From Alphaproteobacteria bacterium (GTDB taxonomy: Bacteria > Pseudomonadota > Alphaproteobacteria > MPNO01 > UBA830): a stretch of DNA of 64,000 bases. The translations under genes were made by a program, and so were the position numbers. The notes beneath the pieces are model-generated. The model was not told where the DNA came from and made no database searches. It saw only the letters and a list, made by a program, of their open reading frames with translations. Positions 41,810-50,679 of the stretch are shown one piece after another. The stretch is taken from contig OZ244055.1 of NCBI GenBank assembly GCA_965214975.1, forward strand, positions 523,314 through 587,313, in the 5' to 3' direction. Position 1 is the stretch's first letter, and every line of letters starts with the position of its first letter.

Positions 41810-43816
41810 ATGACCGAAACCCGACCGGAAAAGCGGCCCGGGGAGGAGCACGCCGGCCTGCTCGCCCAGCGTCGCGAGTCGCCCCGGATCGCGCGCCTCT
41901 CGCTGGGGCTCGGATCGGTCGTCACGGTCATCTCCGTCACCTGGGCCGTCGACCTGTGGCTCGAACTCGGCTTCGAGTGGTTCGACGAGCAGGCGATGAT
42001 GGCCTGCCTCGGCCTCACGCTCGCCATCATCTTCCTGCGCTTTCCCGCGGACGGCTCGAAGACGCGGCTGAGGCTGCCCTGGTACGACGCCGCGTTCGCC
42101 GTTCTCGGCGCCGGCTGCTGCTTCTACATCGTCTACATCTACACCGAGATCGAGACCAATCCCTTCATGATGCGCGACAAGGCGTTCGTGCTGAGTCTCG
42201 TTCTCCTGCCCCTGGTCTGGGAGGCGCTTCGCCGCACGTCCGGCTGGAGCCTGACCCTCGTCTTCACCGCGTTCTTCGCCTACGCGTTCGTCGGCCATCT
42301 CATGCCGGGCATGCTCGAGGGCATGGAGCAGAACGAGCTCCGGCTCGTCGCCGAACTCGGCACCACGAACGTCGCGCTGCTCGGGCTGCCGCTGAAGATC
42401 ATCGTGCTCACGGTGGTCCTTTTCATCTGGATGGGGCAGCTCCTGCTGTTCTCCGGCGCCTCGCAGTGGTTCACCGACGTCGCCACGGCGCTCATGGGCC
42501 GCTCGCGCGGCGGCTCGGCGAAGATCGCCGTCGTCGCCTCGGGCATGTTCGGGTCGATCTCCGGCTCCGCCGTCTCGAACGTGGCCTCGACCGGCGTGAT
42601 CACGATTCCGCTCATGCGGCAGGCCGGCTACGACGCCAAGAGCGCCGGCGCCATCGAGGCCGTGGCGTCCACCGGCGGCCAGATCATGCCGCCGATCATG
42701 GGCGCGGCGGCGTTCCTGATGGCGGAGCTTCTCGAGCTCGAGTACACCGAGATCATCCTCGCCGCCCTGCTGCCGTCGGGTCTCTACTATCTCGCGGTGT
42801 TCGTGCAGGCGGATCTCGAGGCGGCCAAGCAGAACATCGCGCCGGTCCCGAAGGAGCGCATCCCCCCGTTTCTGCGGGTCGCGAGGGAAGGCTGGTTCTT
42901 TCTGCTGCCCTACGCGATCCTCATCTACGTGCTGTTCTGGATGAACCTGCCGCCGCAGCAGGCGGCGTTCTGGGCGGCCGTTTCCATCGTCGCGGTCAGC
43001 CTCGTGTTCTCCTACAAGGGGCACCGCATCAGCCTGAAGCAGCTGTGGGACGCGGTCTCGCACTGCGGGCGGGCTTCCGCCGACATCATCGTCATCGGCG
43101 CGATGGCCGGCATCATCATCGCCATTCTCGACCGCACCGGGCTCGGCCAGGCGCTGACGCTGATCCTGGCGCATGTCGGAGAGGGCAGCCTCTTCCTGCT
43201 GCTGGTGCTGACCGCCGTGGTGTCGATCCTGCTCGGGATGGGCATGCCGACCTCCGCCATCTACCTCCTGCTGGCGACGATGATCGCGCCGTCCCTGATC
43301 AAGCTCGGGGTGCATCCGATCGCGGCGCACATGTTCGTCCTGTACTACGGCCTGATGTCGATGATCACGCCGCCGGTGGCCATCGCCGCGTTCGCCGCGG
43401 CCTCGCTCGCCGGCTCGAAGCCGATGGAGACCGGGGCGACCGCGGTGCGGCTCGGCTGGATCGCCTACGTGATCCCGTTCGTGTTCGTGCTGTCGCCGGC
43501 CCTGATCGGGCAGGGCAGCGCCATGGAGGTCGTCTCGGCCTCGGCGACGGCCGTGGTGGGCGTGTGGATCGCCTCCTGCGGGCTGATCGGCCACATGTTC
43601 GGGCCCCTGGGGCGGATCGACCGCCTCGCGTTCTTCGTGGCCGGGATCCTGCTCCTGCTTCCCGCCGGGGCGATCCCCCACGGGATCGCCGTCAACGCGG
43701 CGGGCCTGGTGATGGGCGCGATCGTCGTGTTCAAGGACTACACGGTTCACAGGCGCCGGCCGGACGGCCGGGAGGCCGCGCGGCGCGCCGGGGGCCGGTT
43801 CCGGCCGAAGACGTGA
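41810..43816 (+). CDS. TRAP transporter fused 4TM/12TM permease
   Basis: GRSRGGSAK..SGSAVSNV, EAVASTGGQIMPPIMGAAAF, LGMGMPT and ITPPVA. Confidence 0.93.
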   Translation: MTETRPEKRPGEEHAGLLAQRRESPRIARLSLGLGSVVTVISVTWAVDLWLELGFEWFDEQAMMACLGLTLAIIFLRFPADGSKTRLRLPWYDAAFAVLGAGCCFYIVYIYTEIETNPFMMRDKAFVLSLVLLPLVWEALRRTSGWSLTLVFTAFFAYAFVGHLMPGMLEGMEQNELRLVAELGTTNVALLGLPLKIIVLTVVLFIWMGQLLLFSGASQWFTDVATALMGRSRGGSAKIAVVASGMFGSISGSAVSNVASTGVITIPLMRQAGYDAKSAGAIEAVASTGGQIMPPIMGAAAFLMAELLELEYTEIILAALLPSGLYYLAVFVQADLEAAKQNIAPVPKERIPPFLRVAREGWFFLLPYAILIYVLFWMNLPPQQAAFWAAVSIVAVSLVFSYKGHRISLKQLWDAVSHCGRASADIIVIGAMAGIIIAILDRTGLGQALTLILAHVGEGSLFLLLVLTAVVSILLGMGMPTSAIYLLLATMIAPSLIKLGVHPIAAHMFVLYYGLMSMITPPVAIAAFAAASLAGSKPMETGATAVRLGWIAYVIPFVFVLSPALIGQGSAMEVVSASATAVVGVWIASCGLIGHMFGPLGRIDRLAFFVAGILLLLPAGAIPHGIAVNAAGLVMGAIVVFKDYTVHRRRPDGREAARRAGGRFRPKT

Positions 43817-43936
43817 CCGGGGGGCGGGCCTGCGGGCCGGCGGCGAACGCTCTCCGGGGAAGGGGGAAAGGGGCCGCGGGGGTCGAGAGGCTCCCGCCTT
43901 TCGGGATCCCCCGCGGCAGCGCGACGGGAAGCGGAC

Positions 43937-45031
43937 TCAGCTTCCGAGAGGCTTGAACCTGTAGCGGTAGGGCCACTTGTGGCCGGCCGCTTCCATGTAG
44001 TTCATGTACTTCTCCATGATCGCGGGGCCGTCGATGTCGTAGCCTTTCGCGATGTCCTGGGCGCGCTCGTTCGGCCAGCCCTTCAACGCCTCCGCCCATT
44101 TCGCCTGCTGCTCGATCGGCAGCGTCGAGACGGAGGCGCCCGCCTTGCGGAGCTTGTCGAGCCCGATCGCCTCGCTCTCGTAGGCGTCGATCGTGGCGGC
44201 GGTCTCGTAGCCCCGGGCCGCCTCGTCGATGATCCTGAGCACGTTCGAGGGGAGGTTCTTGCGGGTGCCGTGGTTCATCGAGAGAACCGTCTGCGCCATC
44301 GCGCCGTGGTTGGTGACCTTGAAGTGCGGCGCCGGCTCGTGGAACTTGAAGCCGAAATAGACGCCGGGGAACATGATGAAGCCCTCGGCGACGCCCGTGG
44401 CGAGCGCGTTGTAGGCGGTCGGCAGGGTGGTGGTCACCGGAATCGCGCCGAAGCGCTCGACCCACGGCAGGTTGGGGCCGGCGGCGATGATCTTCTTGCC
44501 CTTGAGCGCGCTCACGTCGGCCCAGTCGAACTTGGTGCCGAGGCCGTAGTTGTCGAAGCCCGTCATCGCGATCAGCTTCTGCCCGTACTTCTTGTCGAGC
44601 ATGTCGTAGAGTTCGGGGTGCTCGCTCATGACCCGCCACTTGACCTGGACCTGGAGCCGGATGTCGCCGGTGGTGAAGGGCGTGAAGTAGTCGAAGTTCA
44701 TCGGCAGCATCTTCGCGCTCTCGAAACAGACGCACCAGCCGCCGATGTCGAGAAGGCCCTTCTCGACCGCTTCCAGCGTCTCGTGCACCTTCGCGATCTT
44801 GCCGGCGTAGGCGTGGATGATGCGCACCTTGTGCTCGGTTTCCTGTTCGACGCGCTTGGTGATCTCGTCGGCCAGGTAGTGCTCCATGTTGCGCACGTAG
44901 GGCGTCGGCTTGCTCGGGTGGCCGGAACCCAGGCGCAGGACGATGGTCTTGGCTTCGGCGACCGTGCCGGCCGCCAGCGAGACTGCCAGCGCGGCCGAGA
45001 CGGCGGCCAGGCATCTACGGAAAGCACGCAT
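43937..45031 (-). CDS. DctP-family TRAP solute-binding protein
   Basis: Signal peptide, LKGKKI..GAIPV..YNALATGV; adjacent to dctQM-like genes. Confidence 0.85.
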   Translation of the reverse strand: MRAFRRCLAAVSAALAVSLAAGTVAEAKTIVLRLGSGHPSKPTPYVRNMEHYLADEITKRVEQETEHKVRIIHAYAGKIAKVHETLEAVEKGLLDIGGWCVCFESAKMLPMNFDYFTPFTTGDIRLQVQVKWRVMSEHPELYDMLDKKYGQKLIAMTGFDNYGLGTKFDWADVSALKGKKIIAAGPNLPWVERFGAIPVTTTLPTAYNALATGVAEGFIMFPGVYFGFKFHEPAPHFKVTNHGAMAQTVLSMNHGTRKNLPSNVLRIIDEAARGYETAATIDAYESEAIGLDKLRKAGASVSTLPIEQQAKWAEALKGWPNERAQDIAKGYDIDGPAIMEKYMNYMEAAGHKWPYRYRFKPLGS

Positions 45032-45085
45032 GATCCACTCCTCGTGTAAGGTTTCGGAAAGACTGTCTCGGATTGGGAAGGGCGG

Positions 45086-45113
45086 AGGCTATCACGCCGG
45101 CCGGTGTTGTCAA
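45086..45113 (-). promoter_or_regulatory. Putative internal sigma70 promoter for the DctP-like gene
   Basis: Minus strand TTGACA-N16-TAGCCT with an extended -10 TG. Confidence 0.55.
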
Positions 45114-45118
45114 AACCG

Positions 45119-46429
45119 TCAGACGAAGCGGGTCAGCCAGCTCGCGAGCGGCGGGAAGCCCCAGATCAGCGCCGCGGTCAGGAGCATCAGGAGCCAGTAG
45201 GGAATCGAGCCCCTGAAGATTTCCGCCAGGGTCACCCCGGAATCCGGGACGGCTCCCTTGACCACGTAGACCACCAGCCCGAACGGGGGCGTCAGAAGGC
45301 CGGCCTCGATCAGGAGAATCCCGAAGATCGCGAACGCGAAGCCGTCCATCCCGATCAACGGCGCGAACGTCGCGAAGATCGGGACGGTCAGAAGTATGAT
45401 CGAGATCGAGTCGAGGATCATCCCGAGAAGAAGCCAGATGATCACCATCATGAGCATGAGCTCGAACGCGCCGAACCCGAACGAGAGGAGCGCGTTCTTG
45501 ATGATCGACTGGATGTCGGCGAGAGCGAGGAATCTCGAGTACATGCCCGCGGCGACCAGCAGAATCATGATCGGGGCCGAGGTCTTGCCCGCGTCGACCA
45601 CGGCATCGACGATTCCCCGCAGCCGGAGCCCCTTGACGACCGCGAACACCATGGCGGCGAGGGCGCCGATTCCCGCCGCCTCGGTCGCCGTGAACGCGCC
45701 TCCCCAGATGCCGCCGAGCACGATCAGGACGATCGCCAGCACGCCCAGCGCCGAAACGATCTCGCCGCCGGTCAGGTTCTCCTCCTCGGCGTCCTCCGGC
45801 GCCGACGGCGCGACGGCCGGCCGGCGGAGGACGGCGGCCACCGTGTAGGCGACGAAGAGCAGCGACAGGATGATCCCGGGGACGACGCCCGCGACGAACA
45901 GCTTGCCGATGGACTGCTCGGTGATGATGCCCCACACGATCAGCAGCACGCTGGGCGGGATCAGCATTCCGAGGCACGCCGATCCCGCGATCGATCCGAG
46001 CGCGAACTCGCGCTTGTAGCGGAACCGCATCATCTCGGGATAGGCGATCCGGCTGAACGCGGCGGCGGACGCGATCGAGGTCCCGGTGACGGCGGCAAAG
46101 GCCGCGTTGCCCGTCACGGTCGCCACGGCGAGGCGGCCGGGAATGCGGCGCAGGCAACGGTTGATGACCTTGTAGAGATCGCCCGCGGCGCCGCACTTGG
46201 CGACGAAGTCCCCCATGAGAACGAAAAGCGGGATGGTGGCGAACACGTAGTGGCGGACCAGCTCGTAGGCCGCGCCGCCGACCTGGGCCGACGCCAGGTA
46301 CCAGTCCTGGAAGATGAAGTACGTCCCGACCATGGCGGTCAGGCCCAGAGCCAGCGCGATGTGGACGCCCGCGAATATGGCGACCAGCATGCCTCCCAGG
46401 GTGAGAGCCATGAGAACGTCGAGATCCAT
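45119..46429 (-). CDS. TRAP transporter large permease (DctM family)
   Basis: IPLFVLMG, LGMLIPPS, FTATEAA and GLLTPPFG. Confidence 0.93.
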   Translation of the reverse strand: MDLDVLMALTLGGMLVAIFAGVHIALALGLTAMVGTYFIFQDWYLASAQVGGAAYELVRHYVFATIPLFVLMGDFVAKCGAAGDLYKVINRCLRRIPGRLAVATVTGNAAFAAVTGTSIASAAAFSRIAYPEMMRFRYKREFALGSIAGSACLGMLIPPSVLLIVWGIITEQSIGKLFVAGVVPGIILSLLFVAYTVAAVLRRPAVAPSAPEDAEEENLTGGEIVSALGVLAIVLIVLGGIWGGAFTATEAAGIGALAAMVFAVVKGLRLRGIVDAVVDAGKTSAPIMILLVAAGMYSRFLALADIQSIIKNALLSFGFGAFELMLMMVIIWLLLGMILDSISIILLTVPIFATFAPLIGMDGFAFAIFGILLIEAGLLTPPFGLVVYVVKGAVPDSGVTLAEIFRGSIPYWLLMLLTAALIWGFPPLASWLTRFV

Positions 46430-46477
46430 CTGCCCGTTCCGTTGTCGTTGCCGGGGCCGCCCGGAGGGGAGCCGTGT

Positions 46478-46990
46478 TCAGATCCCGCTCGTCCGTTCCG
46501 AGGCGCTTGCGCCCCTGTCCGCGTCCGTCGCGGCGCGGGCGAGAAGAACGAGGTAGATCACCGTGATCAGCGCCGCCGAGGCGATGATGATCGTGCGCAC
46601 CGGATAGACGGGAACCTCGAGGGCGCCGATCCCCTGGTACTCGCCGATCTGCCAGCCCTTGATCATGTCGCTCCATCCGCCGACGGCGATGCCGACGAAG
46701 AGCGCGATTCCGAGGAGGAACGACAGGACGTCGACGACGCGCCGCCACGAGGCGTTCAGATGGCCGAAGACGATGGTCGTGCGCAGCATGCTGCCCATGA
46801 GGATGGCAAGCGGCACCTGGAGAAAGACGATCGCGGGAACCGAGTTGGTGACGATCTCGTCGCCGCCGAGGAACGTGCCGAAGACGCCGCGGCTCGTCAC
46901 CTCGACGAAGATGACCACGGCGATCACCATCAGCCAGCCGGCCGCGATGTAGTTCAGCCAGCCGCAGAACCGTTCCAGCCCTCGGAACAT
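46478..46990 (-). CDS. TRAP transporter small permease (DctQ family)
   Basis: Four TM helices, 170 aa, directly upstream of the DctM-like gene. Confidence 0.85.
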   Translation of the reverse strand: MFRGLERFCGWLNYIAAGWLMVIAVVIFVEVTSRGVFGTFLGGDEIVTNSVPAIVFLQVPLAILMGSMLRTTIVFGHLNASWRRVVDVLSFLLGIALFVGIAVGGWSDMIKGWQIGEYQGIGALEVPVYPVRTIIIASAALITVIYLVLLARAATDADRGASASERTSGI

Positions 46991-47194
46991 GGCGATGCCC
47001 TCCTCTGGGGCCCGTCAGACGGCGTTCCGTCCCGGGACAGGGAACTCCGCGTCACGGTGGCGACGGGGTCTTTCGGATCCGCCGGCCGACGGACCCGGAT
47101 ACCGGGATGCTCCGCTCCGCTCAAGTCGCGCCCGGCGGATTGTAGCGGGCGCGCCGCCGGGGGCAAGCCGGATGCGGAACCCCGCCCCGCGGGA

Positions 47195-47653
47195 TCAGGG
47201 ATCGAGATCTTCCGCCGTCACGTCGGCCCTGACGCCCCGGGCCTCCTCCGCCGCGAAGTTGAGCTCCACCTTGACGCCGTTGGGGTCGATCAGGAAGAGC
47301 TGGAACAGTTCCTGGTCGTCGACCTGGCGGCGCGTGTAGCCGACGCCTCTGGCGTCGAGACGGGCCATCATCTCCTCGAGACGGGTGGCGCGGAAGGCGA
47401 CGTGGTCGACGACCCCCGAGCCGCGGGTGTCCGTGGACTGCTGCCCGAGATAGCTCTTCCGGTTGTCGCTCACGCCCTCGCCCCCGGCGGTCAGGTGCAG
47501 CACCGGTTCGTCGCCGACGTAGAGCCAGCGCACCGGGAACCCGAAGTCGGGGTGCGGGCCTTCCGTCATGCCGAGATTCTCGACGTACCAGTCCCGGGTG
47601 GCGTCAAGGTCCGCGGTCTGGATCAGGAAATGCTCGAGACGGGAAAGCGGCAT
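47195..47653 (-). CDS. VOC/glyoxalase-family protein
   Basis: LEHF..DL..TRDWY..LG; DHVAF; QLFLIDPNGVKVEL. Confidence 0.9.
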   Translation of the reverse strand: MPLSRLEHFLIQTADLDATRDWYVENLGMTEGPHPDFGFPVRWLYVGDEPVLHLTAGGEGVSDNRKSYLGQQSTDTRGSGVVDHVAFRATRLEEMMARLDARGVGYTRRQVDDQELFQLFLIDPNGVKVELNFAAEEARGVRADVTAEDLDP

Positions 47654-47793
47654 GGCGGGCTCCTCGCGTCGGCGGGAACCCCGACCCTACACTTCCGACG
47701 GGCACGGGACCAGCGGCCGGAAACCGCGTTCCTTGATCGGGCGGCCCGGCCGGGCCAGTATCCGGATCCCGCGACCGCGGAAGGGAGGGCCGG

Positions 47794-48102
47794 ATGACCG
47801 CTTACTGGGTGGCGCGCGCGAAGATCAACGACCGCGACGAGTACATGAAATACGCCAGACGGGTTCCGGAGATCCTGGAAAGGCACGGCGGCCGGATCCT
47901 GACCCGCGGCGGGAGCCACAGGACCCTCGAGGGGCCGGACCGTTTCGAGCGCTTCGTGGTCATCGAGTTCCCGTCGATGGAACACGCGCAGGCCTGCTTC
48001 GATTCCGACGAGTACCGGCAGGCCGCCGCGTTCCGGAGACGGGACGGCGTCGGCGAGAACGAGCTGACGATCGTGGAGGCGGGCGACCTCACGCCGGAGT
48101 GA
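47794..48102 (+). CDS. DUF1330-family protein
   Basis: HGGRILTRGG..LEG..RFVVIEFPS..A..FDSDEY. Confidence 0.9.
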   Translation: MTAYWVARAKINDRDEYMKYARRVPEILERHGGRILTRGGSHRTLEGPDRFERFVVIEFPSMEHAQACFDSDEYRQAAAFRRRDGVGENELTIVEAGDLTPE

Positions 48103-48154
48103 GACAGGGCTGGTTTTCCGTCCGGCGACGGGTGAACCGGGCCTGTCCGGCAGG

Positions 48155-48270
48155 GCGTTCGGGAACGCGTTTCGCCGGTCCGGGCGCCGGTTCGCGCCCC
48201 GGGAAGCGGCTCCTGATCGCGCGGCAGGCGGATCCGCACCCGCCATCGGCGCTCGGTCACGACAGAAAAT
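48155..48270 (+). repeat. ~115-bp direct repeat, copy 1 (upstream of rpn)
   Basis: Matches 49453-49567; shared core gccccgggaagcggctc(c/t)tgatcgc..ggcaggcggatccgcacccgcca..cggtcacgaca. Confidence 0.85.
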
Positions 48271-48388
48271 TTTTCAGTGTCCCGGATATTCGTCTTGTAT
48301 TCCTTGCAGCGACATGCTACGAACAAGAGTCGCGGCGGAGAGGCCGCAAGGCCGCGCCGGCGAGGCGGGGCGTTTCCGAGGGGGCACC

Positions 48389-49367
48389 ATGGCCGATCTG
48401 ACGACGCCGCACGACCGGTTGTTCCGGGCTCTTTCGCAGGATCCGCGGATGGCGGACCGGATGATCCGCGACCTGCTTCCCGCCGCGTACACGGCCCACT
48501 TCTCCGACAGGGCCGGCGCGGCCGGCGGACGGAACCTTCCTCGACGACGAACTCCGGGCCCTCCACAGCGACGGCCTGTACGAGGTGGAGCTGCTCCGGG
48601 GGGCGCCGTCCACCGCCTACGTCCTTCTCGAGCACAAGAGCACCGCCGAGCGGAAGACGCGGTTCCAGATCGCGAACTACATGATGGCTCTCTGGGACCG
48701 CATCGAGCGGCAGCGTGACGCGCAGCCCTTGCCGCTGATCATCCCCGTGGTCGTCTATCACGGCAGCGGGCGATGGAACGCGCCGACTTCGCTGCCGGGC
48801 ATGGACGACGCGCCCGGGGAACTGTCGTCGCTTGCGAGAAACATGTCCTGCGTCGTGTGCAACCTCGGGGACATTCCGTTCGAGCGGCTTTCGGAGGACG
48901 CGTTTCTGCGGGCGGGGCTGGGCGCGCTGAAGTTCTCCTCGGCCGGACGGATGCCGAGGGAGGTTCTGCACGACATCCTGAAGAGCCTTTCCAGCCCCGA
49001 TGGGAACCACTTGCTTGAACGGCAGATCTGGCACTATGTTTCCGTTGTCCACGACCTTGATCGTGCCGAGGTCGACGAGTTGATGCCGAAGGGCGAATCG
49101 CACTTGAGGGAGATCATCATGCCGACACTGGCGGAGACGTGGCGTGCCGAGGGCATGGCCGAGGGCGTGGCGAAAGGCGTGGCCGAGGGCACGGCCAAGA
49201 TGGCCAGGATGCTGCGCATCGTGCTGGAACGGCGTTTCGGCGAACTGCCGCCGGAGGCGGAGGCGCGAATCGGCGCCGCGACTTCCGAGGAGCTGGAGCT
49301 CTGGAACGCGAAGGCGTTCGACGCGGGGACACTGGACGAGGTCTTCGGGAGCGTCCCGCTGCATTGA
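48389..49367 (+). pseudogene. Rpn/YhgA-like PD-(D/E)XK nuclease with DUF4351-like tail; +1 frameshift at ~48510
   Basis: PHDRLFR, then in the shifted frame GTFLDDEL..HSDGLY..YVLLEHKS..PLIIPVVVYHG..W. The tail is AEG repeats plus LERRFGELP..LDEVF. Confidence 0.85.
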
Positions 49368-49452
49368 GCGGCGCCCGCGTTCGCGACCGGCGTCCGGCGA
49401 GGCGGGAGTTTCCGGCCGGAAACCCCGCAGGCCCGGGGCGCGGCGACAACTG

Positions 49453-49567
49453 ACGTTCGGAAGCGAATTTCGCCGTCCGAGTGTCAGTTCGAGCCCCGGG
49501 AAGCGGCTCTTGATCGCATGGCAGGCGGATCCGCACCCGCCACCGGCACCCGGTCACGACAAAAAAT
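49453..49567 (+). repeat. ~115-bp direct repeat, copy 2 (downstream of rpn)
   Basis: Same orientation as 48155-48270, with scattered substitutions. Confidence 0.85.
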
Positions 49568-49659
49568 GTTCCTGCGGAGCGAGACGACGGGAGTTGCGCA
49601 TCCCCCGTCGCACACTATGCTCCGCGGCCTCGACGCCAGCCTGGGGAGATATCACCGTC

Positions 49660-50052
49660 ATGTCCGGACCCGAGATCAGCAAGCAGGACGTTCTCGACGC
49701 CTGCGAAGGCATGCTTCAGAAGCAGCTCTATGTCGTTCACACCTTCCCGACCGACGGCCTCGGGCCGGTCATGGAGAACATCGAGGCCCATCTCAAGTAC
49801 CAGGTGGAGCTCGAGGAGAAGGGGATCATGTTCGGCGCCGGGCCCTTCTGGGACGACGCCGAGGAGAAGTGGGAAGGCGAGGGCATGGTGATCATCCGCG
49901 CCGGCTCCCTTGCCGAGGCCCGGGAGATCGCGGCCGCCGACCCGATGCACAAGTCCGGCGCCCGGGACTGCACGGTCCGGCCCTGGGTCATGAACGAGGG
50001 CACGGTGACGGTGAAGGTCAGGTACTCGAACGGCAGCCGCGAACTGATCTGA
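49660..50052 (+). CDS. YciI-family protein
   Basis: HLKYQ..AGP..GMVIIRA..EA..DPM..VRPW. Confidence 0.85.
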   Translation: MSGPEISKQDVLDACEGMLQKQLYVVHTFPTDGLGPVMENIEAHLKYQVELEEKGIMFGAGPFWDDAEEKWEGEGMVIIRAGSLAEAREIAAADPMHKSGARDCTVRPWVMNEGTVTVKVRYSNGSRELI

Positions 50053-50070
50053 AGCGGAGCCGCCGCGCCC

Positions 50071-50679
50071 TCAGAGACGCGCGAATTCCGCGCGGACCTT
50101 CGCGACGAACCGTTCGCAGGCCTGTCGCCGCGGCTTGTCGAGCCCGTGCAGCGACAGCATGCGGAAGGACACCCTGCCGGCGCAGACGCCGACGATTCCC
50201 TTCCGGATCTGCCTGCGCACGGGGTTGCCCATGTAGAGCTCGACGATCCACCGGGGCGAGTTCGCCGTCGTCACCACGTGGCAGCTGCGAAGGCGCGAAA
50301 GCCCGGGCCGGAGCCGTCCGGCCGCGCGGTCCGGGAGAAACGCCCGGCCGGGCGCGAACGCGCGGTCGACGAAGCCCTTGAGAACGGCCGGCATGCCGTA
50401 CCACCACTGCGGAAACACCAGCACGAGCCCGTCGGCGGCCGCGAGCCGCTCGCAGTAGCCGACGACCTCCGGCGGCGGGACGTATCCCGGCGCGACCATG
50501 CCCGCCCGCTCCTCCGCGGTCAGGCGGGGGTCGAAGCCGTCCGCGTAGAGGTCGGCGAGATCGGCCTCGTGGCCGGCCGCGTCGAGGCCCTCGATCACGG
50601 CGTCGCGGAGCGCCGCCGAGAGGCTGTCCGCGAGCGGATGGGCGTGGACCACGAGAAAACGCCGCCCGGTTCCGGTCAT
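50071..50679 (-). CDS. NAD(P)H-dependent oxidoreductase (flavodoxin-like, NQO/KefF family)
   Basis: VHAHP..S, DLY..FDP and FPQWWYGMPAVLKGFVDR; the ATG overlaps the cysS stop. Confidence 0.9.
   Translation of the reverse strand: MTGTGRRFLVVHAHPLADSLSAALRDAVIEGLDAAGHEADLADLYADGFDPRLTAEERAGMVAPGYVPPPEVVGYCERLAAADGLVLVFPQWWYGMPAVLKGFVDRAFAPGRAFLPDRAAGRLRPGLSRLRSCHVVTTANSPRWIVELYMGNPVRRQIRKGIVGVCAGRVSFRMLSLHGLDKPRRQACERFVAKVRAEFARL

Noticed and set aside
46991-47190. Possible riboswitch upstream of the dctQ-like gene
   Set aside because: GC-rich pairing is possible, but I recognised no known aptamer consensus.
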